A stretch of 63,951 nucleotides of DNA, filler included, from an uncultured Methanoregulaceae archaeon (GTDB lineage Archaea > Halobacteriota > Methanomicrobia > Methanomicrobiales > Methanospirillaceae): assembly GCA_964530035.1 (NCBI GenBank). It is 5 parts of 5 records of this genome, joined end to end, with 100 filler letters (N's around TTAATTAATTAA, not from the genome) between each part and the next. Parts side by side here need not be neighbours in the genome. Positions count along the whole stretch, not along the records: positions 30,087 to 44,983 come from CAZGXZ010000049.1; positions 45,084 to 59,781 come from CAZGXZ010000050.1; 3 more parts are not named here. The stretch is one strand, 5' to 3'. How positions within the stretch are numbered: the stretch's first letter is position 1; every line of letters starts with the position of its first letter. Shown piece by piece: positions 36,067 through 45,084 of this stretch. A program made the position numbers and the translations under genes. The notes below the pieces were generated by a model. That model made no database searches. It was not told the origin of the DNA and worked only from the letters and a program-made list of their open reading frames with translations.

Positions 36067-37243
36067 TGCAGTGTACTTCCTTTTCATCAGGCTTGTACAG
36101 GGGCGACATGCGCCGCAGCCTGTCAACGATACCGGGCATGTGTTCGAGGACATAGTCCACATCGCCGTCGGTTGTATCACGCGAAAGGGTAAACCGCAGG
36201 GAACCGTGTGCCTTTTCATGGGGGAGGCCGATGGCGAGGAGGACGTGGGACGGTTCGAGCGACCCCGAGGTGCATGCCGACCCGGTGGATGCGCAGACGC
36301 CGATGCTGTCGAGGAGGAGGAGCATCGACTCTCCTTCGACGAATTCGAATGATATATTTGCATTGCCGGGGAGACGCCTTTCCGGGTGGCCGTTCAACCG
36401 TGAGTGCGGGATGGTCGAGAGGAGCCCGCCAATAAGACGGTCCCTCATGCGGGAGACCCGGGCTGAAACCTCCCTCATTTCCGCGGTGGCTGACCCGACC
36501 GCCTTTCCGAGCCCGACGATGCCGGGGACGTTCTCGGTCCCGGCACGGCGCCGTCTTTCCTGGCCGCCGCCATGCTCGTACGTCCCTATCCGCGTGCCCT
36601 TCCTGATAAAGAGGGCCCCGACCCCCTTCGGTCCGTTGAACTTGTGCGCAGAGAGGGAGAGGAGGTCGATGTTCTCCCGGCCGACATCAACGGGGACATG
36701 GCCGACGGCCTGGACGGCATCCGTATGGAACGGTATACCATGGCTGCGTGCCACGGCCCCGATCTCCCTTACGGGCTGGATTGTGCCGATCTCGTTATTG
36801 GCGTACATGACCGAGATGAGGACCGTCCTGTCGGTGACGGCCGCCTCCGCATCCGCAGGATCGACGAGGCCATGCTCGTCGACAGGGAGGTACGTGACAG
36901 AAAAANNNNNNNNNNAGGTGTGGAGGACGGCGTGGTGTTCTATCGCGGAGGTTATGATATGGTCCCCTTTATGCTTCGACGCCCCGGCACATCCCTTGAT
37001 GGCCCAGTTGTCAGACTCCGTCCCCCCGGAGGTGAAAAAAATTTCTCCAGGTGTTGCACCGATTGCCTGAGCGACCTTTTCCCGTGCTTCCTCAACCGCC
37101 TCCCGTGGTTCACGGGCAAGTGAATATACGGATGAGGGGTTGCCGTACCTCTCCATGAAATAGGGGAGCATTGCCTCAAGGACGTCCCGGTGGACCGGTG
37201 TCGTCGCGGCGTTGTCCATGTAGATGGTCCGTTTCTCCTGCAT
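36059..37243 (-). CDS. iscS: Cysteine desulfurase IscS/NifS (contains a 10-N gap)
   Basis: [28 protein letters not shown] lysine, STGSACTS catalytic Cys. Confidence 0.95.
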   Translation of the reverse strand: MQEKRTIYMDNAATTPVHRDVLEAMLPYFMERYGNPSSVYSLAREPREAVEEAREKVAQAIGATPGEIFFTSGGTESDNWAIKGCAGASKHKGDHIITSAIEHHAVLHTXXXXFSVTYLPVDEHGLVDPADAEAAVTDRTVLISVMYANNEIGTIQPVREIGAVARSHGIPFHTDAVQAVGHVPVDVGRENIDLLSLSAHKFNGPKGVGALFIRKGTRIGTYEHGGGQERRRRAGTENVPGIVGLGKAVGSATAEMREVSARVSRMRDRLIGGLLSTIPHSRLNGHPERRLPGNANISFEFVEGESMLLLLDSIGVCASTGSACTSGSLEPSHVLLAIGLPHEKAHGSLRFTLSRDTTDGDVDYVLEHMPGIVDRLRRMSPLYKPDEKEVHCNV

Positions 37244-37387
37244 GACTTCCCACCCGGCGGGGTAATCCATCATATCTTGGCGGAACGCAGGTAAAGCGAT
37301 ACCCGTTCCGTCCTCACTCCCGTACTGGTTTCACAATTGTGAAACTCCGCAGCGGTTTATCTTCCCATCCTCCATATATATTCCCCT

Positions 37388-37723
37388 ATGACAAACAAGG
37401 CGCCCTGCGAGATGATCGTATGGGATGTGCTCCCGGGCATCCGTGCGGCCATCGCCCAGGAGATGGTGGCCGCGGGCGCCTCCCAGCTGGAAGCGGCCCG
37501 GGTCCTGGGAATGGCTCCCTCGGCGGTTTCACAGTACCTCTCCGGGAAGAGGGGGTACAGGGTTGTTTTCGATGACGATGTGCGCGAGGACATCCGGAAT
37601 CTTGCCGGAGATCTGCGCAGGGGGTCGGTCACCGACCTCCAGAAAAGGATATGCGACATCTGTGTCGGTGTAAGGGGCAGCGGGGGAGCCTGCCGGAGAG
37701 ATGATGCCGGAAACAAGGACTGA
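37388..37723 (+). CDS. HTH transcriptional regulator with Cys motifs, divergent from iscS
   Basis: PCE....LP..RA, SQ.EAA..LG....AVSQYLSGKRG; C-terminal CDIC. Confidence 0.8.
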   Translation: MTNKAPCEMIVWDVLPGIRAAIAQEMVAAGASQLEAARVLGMAPSAVSQYLSGKRGYRVVFDDDVREDIRNLAGDLRRGSVTDLQKRICDICVGVRGSGGACRRDDAGNKD

Positions 37724-37850
37724 TACAGTCCAAAGAACCCTCTTTTACCCGTGTTGAATCCATTTTTCAGAGGGTCCATCCAAATCATGTGCCCGTCGGC
37801 AGGCTTTTTCCCCCGGGGACGACCCGCGGTATCCGGCCGGGCCGCCCAGT

Positions 37851-38249
37851 TCAGTCACAGCCCTCTGAAAGGGCGTATATCCTCAGGACGCGCTTGGCCG
37901 TGTCCTGGCCCATCCTTCCTGCCACGGCCACGGTGAAGGCATCCACGTACTCCGGGGACAGGCAGCTTAAGCTCTCGCTTCCGTCCATGATGAGCCCGAC
38001 AAGGTAGGAAAACTCCGCATCGTCAAGCCTGAGGAACCTCCTCACGAAGTCCTGCGGGGTCGTCGCAAAGTGGTTGGCGACCGGAGGGATGATGGACCTG
38101 AAACGGTGCCCTGACTCGGAACACTGGTCTGTCATGCATTCTGGTGCGAGTTTCTGCAGGATGGCGGTGTCCTGCCCGGAGAGGTCTCGGGCCATGAGTG
38201 TTGGGTTTGCCGCGCCCCTGATATCTTGGTTTCCGAAGGGAATGCCCAT
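37851..38249 (-). CDS. Hypothetical protein
   Basis: Coding-like ORF with IIPPVANHFA and LIMDGSESLSCL segments; start uncertain. Confidence 0.6.
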   Translation of the reverse strand: MGIPFGNQDIRGAANPTLMARDLSGQDTAILQKLAPECMTDQCSESGHRFRSIIPPVANHFATTPQDFVRRFLRLDDAEFSYLVGLIMDGSESLSCLSPEYVDAFTVAVAGRMGQDTAKRVLRIYALSEGCD

Positions 38250-38309
38250 GAGTGTCCCGGCGAGGTCGGGATATGGCCCGACGGAACGGTCATAACGGCG
38301 GACAGGGGG

Positions 38310-39254
38310 TTACCGGTGAAAACCAAAGCCGCGTGTCAGGCCGGCAGAACGGACACATACAGCAGCTTCATCCATCTCATCCCGGGTGACCCCCCGGCGG
38401 AGGACGCGGAAGAGGGGGTGGTCCCCTTCAAGGACCCGGTGACACGGGCGGTACTGGTCCATCAGGTTCACGCATGCATTTTTTGAAACCGAACCGGAAA
38501 TGAATTCCATCACCGGGCAGGTCCCGGCAAGGCCTCCCGGGAGGACCAGGTGCCTGATGAGGAGGCCATGCTCTGCTATCCCGTCCCGGCACACGAGGTC
38601 CCTGACCTGCGCCTGCATCACGGGGAGGGCCAGGCGCATCGCGTCGGGGTAGTCACCGGCCCCGGTCAGTACACGGGAGGTGTCACCGTCCCAGAACTTC
38701 GCGTCCGGGAGGTAGATATCCACGATTCCGTCAAGGAGCCCGAGGGTTTCAGCGGTCTCATACCCCGATGTGTTCCAGACGAGGGGGAGGGAGAGCCCGC
38801 AGCCCGCGGCGTACATGAGGGCCTCCAGGATTTGGGGAGTGAAATGGGTCGGGCTGACCAGGTTGATGTTGTGGCACCCCCGGCGTTCAAGGGCGAGGAA
38901 GATTTCGCCCAGCTGTTCGCTGGTGACGGGTATACCGCCGTTCTGGCTGATGTCTGCGTTCTGGCAGAAGGCGCACGAGAGCGTGCACCGCGAGAAGAAC
39001 ACGGTGCCTGACCCGCACCTGCCTGACAACGGCCTTTCCTCGCCAAAGTGCGGGCACCATGAGGCCACCTCGGCTTCACTCCCGGCACGGCAGAACCCCC
39101 GCCCGCCTGAAAGCCTGTCGGCACCGCACCTCCGGGGGCAGAGCGTGCACGCTGACAGCAGTTCCCGTGCGCAGGAGACCCGTTCTGCGACTTCTTCCCG
39201 TGAAAGCCGCCGGTACGAAGGTGTCCCCCGGTGGCGGACACTGCCTGGACACAT
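38310..39254 (-). CDS. Radical SAM protein, PflX-like
   Basis: [32 protein letters not shown]xxxCxx[17 protein letters not shown]. Confidence 0.9.
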   Translation of the reverse strand: MCPGSVRHRGTPSYRRLSREEVAERVSCARELLSACTLCPRRCGADRLSGGRGFCRAGSEAEVASWCPHFGEERPLSGRCGSGTVFFSRCTLSCAFCQNADISQNGGIPVTSEQLGEIFLALERRGCHNINLVSPTHFTPQILEALMYAAGCGLSLPLVWNTSGYETAETLGLLDGIVDIYLPDAKFWDGDTSRVLTGAGDYPDAMRLALPVMQAQVRDLVCRDGIAEHGLLIRHLVLPGGLAGTCPVMEFISGSVSKNACVNLMDQYRPCHRVLEGDHPLFRVLRRGVTRDEMDEAAVCVRSAGLTRGFGFHR

Positions 39255-39306
39255 GCCTCTTTTACGAGGCTTTGCCGTACTGGTATTAGAACCAGTTGAC
39301 GATACC

Positions 39307-39837
39307 ATGACAGCTGACGAGAGAATGGAGGTGGCGACCTTTGCAGCCGGCTGCTTCTGGGGCGTCGAGGACGCCTTCTCAAAGGTCCCGGGAGTATGTG
39401 CCACACGGGTCGGGTACACGGGCGGCAGTACGGAGCACCCCACCTACCGGGACGTTTGTTCAGGTACCACCGGCCACGCCGAGGCGGTCAGGGTCGTGTT
39501 CGACCCGGGGACCATCAGCTATGCCGACCTCCTCGACGTGTTCTGGAACATCCACGACCCGACAACCCCCGGGAGGCAGGGGGTGGACGTGGGGGAGCAG
39601 TACCGTTCTGCAATCTTTTACCACTCCCCGGAACAGGAACGCCTCGCAGAGGAATCGAGAGCGGCGCTCGCTGCTTCAGGGAGGTTCAGACGTCCCATCG
39701 TCACCGGGATCGTCCAGGCCGGCCGGTTCTGGGACGCAGAGGAGTACCACCAGCAGTATTTTGCGAAAAACGGTCGCGGAGGGTGCCATATCACGTACCG
39801 TCCTGCTCCCGGTCACCGCCCAGGAGAGGGGAGGTGA
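39307..39837 (+). CDS. msrA: Peptide-methionine (S)-S-oxide reductase
   Basis: [23 protein letters not shown]. Confidence 0.96.
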   Translation: MTADERMEVATFAAGCFWGVEDAFSKVPGVCATRVGYTGGSTEHPTYRDVCSGTTGHAEAVRVVFDPGTISYADLLDVFWNIHDPTTPGRQGVDVGEQYRSAIFYHSPEQERLAEESRAALAASGRFRRPIVTGIVQAGRFWDAEEYHQQYFAKNGRGGCHITYRPAPGHRPGEGR

Positions 39838-39851
39838 CACCGGTGACGGAT

Positions 39852-40061
39852 ATGCTCTGTCCTTTTGACAAGAAGCCATGTATCGAAAGCCGGTGCATGG
39901 CCTGGGACAGGGACCGTGCGCTGTGCGGTTTCTGTCCGCCCTCCTCTCCCCTCCAGCAGAAGCCAATTCCTCCTGACCTTGCCCAGGAGAAACTGAAGAA
40001 AAAAAGACAATCAGGGGGACCAGAGGGTGATTCAAAGTTCAGGGTCGAACTGTTCGACTGA
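39852..40061 (+). CDS. Small Cys-rich hypothetical protein
   Basis: 69 aa, MLCPF..KPC...CMAW......C..C; GGAGGTGA SD upstream. Confidence 0.6.
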   Translation: MLCPFDKKPCIESRCMAWDRDRALCGFCPPSSPLQQKPIPPDLAQEKLKKKRQSGGPEGDSKFRVELFD

Positions 40062-40114
40062 CGTGACGACCACCCCACCCAACCTTTATCGGGGTCCCGC
40101 AGAGTCCCTTATGT

Positions 40115-40834
40115 ATGAAACACTCGTCTCTGTATCTCGTGCTGGTGTTCCTCACGGCACTGGCCCTCCTGCCAGGGTGCGTCTCCACCGGAAAGCTGTC
40201 CGTCACCTCGGTCCCTGAGGGCGCCCGCATCCTGCTGAACAACATCGACAACGGGACAACACCCTCGGAGATCACGGACCTTCCGGCCGGGGTGTACAGG
40301 GTTGTCCTCGAAAAGGACGGATATGTCACCGGGTCCAGGTCGGTCGAGGTACTCCCGGGCGGGTCATCCAAAGTTGCAATGGATCTTGAGGCCATCCCTG
40401 TCCCGCATGACCGGCGCGTGGCTGACGGGCCGACTGACATTTCAACAGGAAAAGTCGTGTCGTCTTCCATACTGTATTATGGCAGCGCCAGGAACGAGGG
40501 AGGAGGGAGGTATGACCTGGTCATCGGGAAAGGTTCCGGGAACCAGCAGGAGAGGTACTCCCTCGAAGGAGGCCAGTTCACCCTGGCAGCACCGGGTGGC
40601 AGCATTGTCCAGTTCATGCCTGATTCACCCCTCTACCTGGAGGGTGTCCCGGCATCACCCGGGCACTGGCGCATTACCCGGAAGTGGAACTCTCCTGGCG
40701 ACAACGATCTCGAGGGCAACGAACAGTTCACCATTTCGCTTCAGGTGCCCGGGGGACAACAGTTGCCGCCTGCCGGGAGCGTGAACCTTGAATTCAGGCC
40801 GCGGATCGGTCCACCGCTCCTCCTGAAATTATAA
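40115..40834 (+). CDS. Putative lipoprotein: PEGA domain + archaellin-like C-terminal domain
   Basis: LLPGC lipobox-like; SVPEGA.I...GTTP..G.Y.V.L.K.GY (PEGA); W.I..K.N..GDNDLEGNEQF.I and LE.RP..G..L. Confidence 0.7.
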   Translation: MKHSSLYLVLVFLTALALLPGCVSTGKLSVTSVPEGARILLNNIDNGTTPSEITDLPAGVYRVVLEKDGYVTGSRSVEVLPGGSSKVAMDLEAIPVPHDRRVADGPTDISTGKVVSSSILYYGSARNEGGGRYDLVIGKGSGNQQERYSLEGGQFTLAAPGGSIVQFMPDSPLYLEGVPASPGHWRITRKWNSPGDNDLEGNEQFTISLQVPGGQQLPPAGSVNLEFRPRIGPPLLLKL

Positions 40835-40981
40835 TGGCCCGTCCTGCCGGCATCTATGGAGAATACAGGTTGCCAGGACGATGAATAGTGGAGCATGGTG
40901 CCTGGGCGGGCCGGAGGTAATCCCGGTGGACGGAAAATGCCAGGGCCCCCTGAAATATCAGGATAAAATCCTTTTTTGCGA

Positions 40982-41725
40982 TCAGAGCGTGATGCAGGCC
41001 CCGTCCCGGGCGACGACCAGTCCCGGGAACACTGGTGAAAACTGGTCTTCGACCGCCTGGCGTTCCCTGTCTGTGGGGTACAGCGCCGCATCGAAGTGGA
41101 ACAGGGCGAGCCGTTTCGCCCCGGCCTCCCGTGCAATACGGATGGCGGTCTCAGGGTTGAGGTGAGGCCAGTCATCGGCCTGCATCCCGGGCAGGAATGC
41201 GGATTCAGATATCAGGAGGTCGGCATTTCTTGCGAGGTTCACGGCATTTTCACAGTAGCCGGTATCGGTGCAATAGGCAATTGTGCGGCCGTCGAGGCTG
41301 AAACGGTAGCCAAAACAGGGGGCTGCATGGCGGAGCGGCCTGCACTCGACCTCGTAGGGCAGGAAATGGGTCCCTTCCGCGAGGTCATGGACCCTCACGG
41401 GATACGGGAGGGCGGCCATCGGCACGGTGAATGGCGCGACCAGGATGCTGGAGAGTGCCCCGGCAGTGCCAGTCTCCCCATAGATATCAAGGCCATGCTC
41501 GAAGCGGAACTTGTTGAGGATGTGGAGCCCCCAGATATGGTCGAGGTGGAGGTGCGAGAGGAAGACGGCCGTCTTCTCATGGCCGTCCAGGTGCTCCCCG
41601 AGCCGGTGGATGCCGCCACCGGCATCAAGGACTATCGCGTTGTCGCCTTCCCGCACGAGGACACAGACGGTGTTCCCCGCGGGGGTGTCGTACCAGCCGT
41701 TCGTGCCTAAGAACCGGATCTCCAT
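40982..41725 (-). CDS. MBL-fold metallohydrolase (RNase Z-like)
   Basis: FLGT.G, SHLHLDHI.G HxHxDH motif, YCTDT, HL, LFHF. Confidence 0.9.
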   Translation of the reverse strand: MEIRFLGTNGWYDTPAGNTVCVLVREGDNAIVLDAGGGIHRLGEHLDGHEKTAVFLSHLHLDHIWGLHILNKFRFEHGLDIYGETGTAGALSSILVAPFTVPMAALPYPVRVHDLAEGTHFLPYEVECRPLRHAAPCFGYRFSLDGRTIAYCTDTGYCENAVNLARNADLLISESAFLPGMQADDWPHLNPETAIRIAREAGAKRLALFHFDAALYPTDRERQAVEDQFSPVFPGLVVARDGACITL

Positions 41726-41848
41726 GGAAAATGAGTTGGAAGCCACAGGGCTTGATGATTGTGAAAGGGTGGCCCACCATTTTCAGCCGGGGAATGTCTT
41801 GTCCTGCACAAAAGGCATCTTTATGCATTCTCACGACAAGCCTCGATC

Positions 41849-42616
41849 ATGCATTCGTTCAGCAGGGTACTCCCTGGAATCCTTCTCATCATCGCCCTTT
41901 TCATGGCTGCCATCTCTCCGTGCCTTGCCGCGGACACGGGCACGAAGGGGTCGCCGTACTTCCCGGCGTCGGTCACAACCGTCCAGAAGGGGTCCGGGCT
42001 CGAGAAACCGACACCGTTCCAGCTGACGATCACCAAGCCGAAAGGTATCGTCCCGTACCAGAAAAAGGCGTTTCCCAAGGCGGTAGTTGCGGCCATAGCC
42101 TACTACACGGATCATTCAGGGGCATCGGTCATCAACAGCTACCTCCGCGACCCCGAGGTCAGGAAGAACACGAACGCCTCTGAAAAGGCACGAATAGAGG
42201 GGCTGATCAGCAGCATGGACTATGCCGAGAGCAAGTCCCGCCTCGTGAACCAGGCGGTCCTGTTCAGGGGTATCGGCGGTGCGTTCGCCGACCAGATCAG
42301 GGCACAGTCCAGGTATACCGAACCCGGGTATGCCTCGACAAGTTACGACTTTTCGGTCACCTACCGGTATGCCAGCCAAAACCAGAGGGACAGCGAAGGG
42401 TATGCCAATATCCTCGTGCTCCAGCGGGATGGCGGGGACTATGCCCTCTTCGTGGACGAACGCGAACGCGAACTTATCATCCCGAAGGGGACGACGTGGG
42501 ACCTGGTTAAGGAAGTGAAGGCAGAGAAGATTGTCCTCCGTGCCAGTTTCAGGCCCATCTATCCTGAAAAAACATACACGAAGGTCAGGTTCCTCTATAT
42601 CAAAGAGAGCAAATGA
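41849..42616 (+). CDS. Secreted ADP-ribosyltransferase (VIP2/C3-like, R-S-E class)
   Basis: Signal peptide; YT....INSYLR, LFRG, YASTS, ERE(L)IIPKG motifs. Confidence 0.85.
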   Translation: MHSFSRVLPGILLIIALFMAAISPCLAADTGTKGSPYFPASVTTVQKGSGLEKPTPFQLTITKPKGIVPYQKKAFPKAVVAAIAYYTDHSGASVINSYLRDPEVRKNTNASEKARIEGLISSMDYAESKSRLVNQAVLFRGIGGAFADQIRAQSRYTEPGYASTSYDFSVTYRYASQNQRDSEGYANILVLQRDGGDYALFVDERERELIIPKGTTWDLVKEVKAEKIVLRASFRPIYPEKTYTKVRFLYIKESK

Positions 42617-42789
42617 GTGAAAACCCGAAAAAAAACCGGTTTATCATGCAGGAGGAGGACGTCATCCTCCTCGGGAGGCATGAACCGTCGAAGAGCGACC
42701 TTGCCGAAGCTGACGAGGTCTTCAACCGTATCCTGGGCGGGCTTTCGAAGGAACCGCCCCACATGTCCCGGCGCAACCGCGGGACCTGA
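42613..42789 (+). CDS. 58-aa ORF translationally coupled to the ART gene
   Basis: ATGA overlap with ART stop; MSENPKKNRFIMQEEDVILLGRHEPSKSDLAEADEVFNRILGGLSKEPPHMSRRNRGT; below ORF-track cutoff. Confidence 0.55.
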   Translation: MSENPKKNRFIMQEEDVILLGRHEPSKSDLAEADEVFNRILGGLSKEPPHMSRRNRGT

Positions 42790-43245
42790 AAGGAAGAGGT
42801 ATCAAAACGGGTGTCCCGGGCAGCAAATACCCGCCCGGAAACCCTGACAGGGTGTTAAAATTTATTGAAAGGGTCTTATTGTTTTTTGTAGGTATCACAC
42901 TACGAGGGAAGCAAACAACCCACAATGGTGTTACAAGGACAGCGCAATGATGCCGCAACGGTCGGACCTGGTCTTATCACCCTCCTACACCTTTTTGTTA
43001 ACAAGGAACTGTTTTCTCTTTCATCCCATATGAAATGTTGATCGTTAGCAATTTTAGCATTCAGCACCGGAGACGCTCTTCTCCCCGGGATACAAGAAAG
43101 GAAGGAAGGAACAGGGAACTTGGGCCGGAAACACTCCGGAAAGGGCGTACCTTTTCCGGGAAACAAGCACGAAACGGGCGAGCCGGGCGGTCAGGAAACC
43201 GGTGGCCGGCAGGGAACAAGGAGAAATACGGATTCCTGCGTGGTA

Positions 43246-44091
43246 TCACACCTCTTCGACCGACCCGGGCTGGAGGGGCATCATCCCGCAGATATGCGCC
43301 GCATATTTTCCTGATTCGGTGATACCGACGTACAGGTTCCTGCCCTTCTTTTCCTTCGTGACATACCCGTTTTTCTCGAGCTTTTCAAGGATCGTCTTGT
43401 CGAGTTTCATCAGCTGGCGGCTCTGAACGCTCCGTTTCTTCTTCCTGTCCTCGATGTCGTCGAAGACCTCGTCGTACCCTTCGACCTTTTCAAGCCGGAG
43501 GAGGTCGAACAGCTCCTTCGTCCGCATCTGCTGGCCCTTTTCGCAGAGCGATATCAGGATCTTGAGGCTGATGGTATCGGGCATGACCAGCTGGAAGTTC
43601 GAGAGCGTCCAGACCTGGACGTCCCTGATAATCGAGAGGCCGTGTTCGGTCTCGTCGGACTGGGTATGGGAGTACTCGTCGGCCCTCACGTAATAGATCC
43701 TGACACCGTGCACCATACCGGCAAGGGTCGCCCCAATCGAGGTCAGCCTGCCACAGGCCGACATGTTGATCAGGACCGCGTTGCCGTCGGCTTTTTCCCT
43801 GGTAATGATGGCTGATACCGCCCGCATCACCTCGAGGATGTCGAAGATGTCGATCTTGACAAGCGTGACCCTGATACCCTGTCCCCGGAGGGACGTCGTG
43901 ACCCGTTCGTCGTACGAGCGTTGCCTGGCGTTCATGCCGAGCTCCTTCGGCGTCCCGTACTTCGGGCTGTCAGCAATGGTGATGACGTACGCCCGGTGCG
44001 CCTTCATCTTCTCAAACGGTTTTACCGCACGGTCGAACTCGTACCCGAGCGGGATGATGTGGACGATCTCCTCTATGCCTCCCCGTGCCAT
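43246..44091 (-). CDS. DUF6293/HFX_2341-like protein: CARF-like domain + winged helix
   Basis: VHIIPLGYEFDR, INMSACGR....GA..A, YYV; C-terminal LEKLEKNGYV..EKKGRN..V.ITESG wHTH. Confidence 0.75.
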   Translation of the reverse strand: MARGGIEEIVHIIPLGYEFDRAVKPFEKMKAHRAYVITIADSPKYGTPKELGMNARQRSYDERVTTSLRGQGIRVTLVKIDIFDILEVMRAVSAIITREKADGNAVLINMSACGRLTSIGATLAGMVHGVRIYYVRADEYSHTQSDETEHGLSIIRDVQVWTLSNFQLVMPDTISLKILISLCEKGQQMRTKELFDLLRLEKVEGYDEVFDDIEDRKKKRSVQSRQLMKLDKTILEKLEKNGYVTKEKKGRNLYVGITESGKYAAHICGMMPLQPGSVEEV

Positions 44092-44366
44092 GGATGCTCC
44101 TCTTGCTCATGGTTCTGATGTGAGAATACATGAGGATACCGGAGCCGGAGCCGGGCCAGGACGGCCAGTGGGCAGTCATGAAAAATCCCGCGATGTGTGG
44201 TGAGATACCGGATATCCTGTTTTTCAGGAAGGAAATCCAGGACCAGAGCTCCCGGAACAATCAGGCTTCCTTATATACCCCTTCAGCCCACCTATCCCAG
44301 ACATGCCCCGGGCCCGCGGCAGATCCAGGCGCCCGTCCCGCATGGTTTCAAATGGAGGAGTTAGGA

Positions 44367-44983
44367 GTGAAACATTACCCGATTGCCCTGTTCATCCTCG
44401 CGGCACTCGTCCTTGTCCTGGTCGTTTCACCGGCATGTGCCGTGCTGCAGATGACTACCTACAAGGGCTCGGTTACCGCAGTCAACAGCGCCAATGCAAC
44501 CCTGAGCGTGAATGTAACACACCAGTACGGCTGCACGTACGAGAAGGAGGGAACGAACTGCACCTGGAACGCTATCAAGTCCAGAGTCGTGACAGGTGCC
44601 GTCCCGACCAACGCGGTCCTAACCGATGTCAAGTCAGGGATGCCGGTCGAAGTGGTCAACCTCGGTGGCGACGGAGGGCCCTGGACAACGGTGGCCGTCC
44701 TCGTCCCTGAGAAAGGCACTGATGACTGGCCTGCGAGCGATGTCTACGGTGAGCCTGATGCAAAGCTCATCGGGGGGTACGCACTGCTGGCCGTGACAAG
44801 CCCGGACTGTTCGGCATGCAATGGCACGGTCTGCACGGCAAAGGACGCCAACGTGACCGTCCTCAGGAACGACAAGGACGTCTTTGACAAGCTCATGAAG
44901 CCCGGTTCGAACTTCACCTACTTCGACAAGTCTGATCAGTCCGACGTCCTCATCAACTTCGTGAAAGGCGAGGCAGCGGCACA
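44367..44983 (+). CDS. Secreted hypothetical protein (truncated at contig end)
   Basis: GGAGG SD before GTG 44367, signal peptide, Cys pairs and many NxT/S sequons. Confidence 0.7.
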
Positions 44984-45083
44984 NNNNNNNNNNNNNNNNN
45001 NNNNNNNNNNNNNNNNNNNNNNNNNNNTTAATTAATTAANNNNNNNNNNNNNNNNNNNNNNNNNNNNNNNNNNNNNNNNNNNN
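44984..45083. other. Artificial contig-joining linker
   Basis: 44 N + TTAATTAATTAA + 44 N. Confidence 0.97.
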
Positions 45084-45084
45084 G

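Noticed and set aside
42925..43041. 38-aa ORF (MVLQGQRND...) between the ART pair and the CARF-like gene
   Set aside because: Too short and without recognisable similarity to support as a gene from sequence alone
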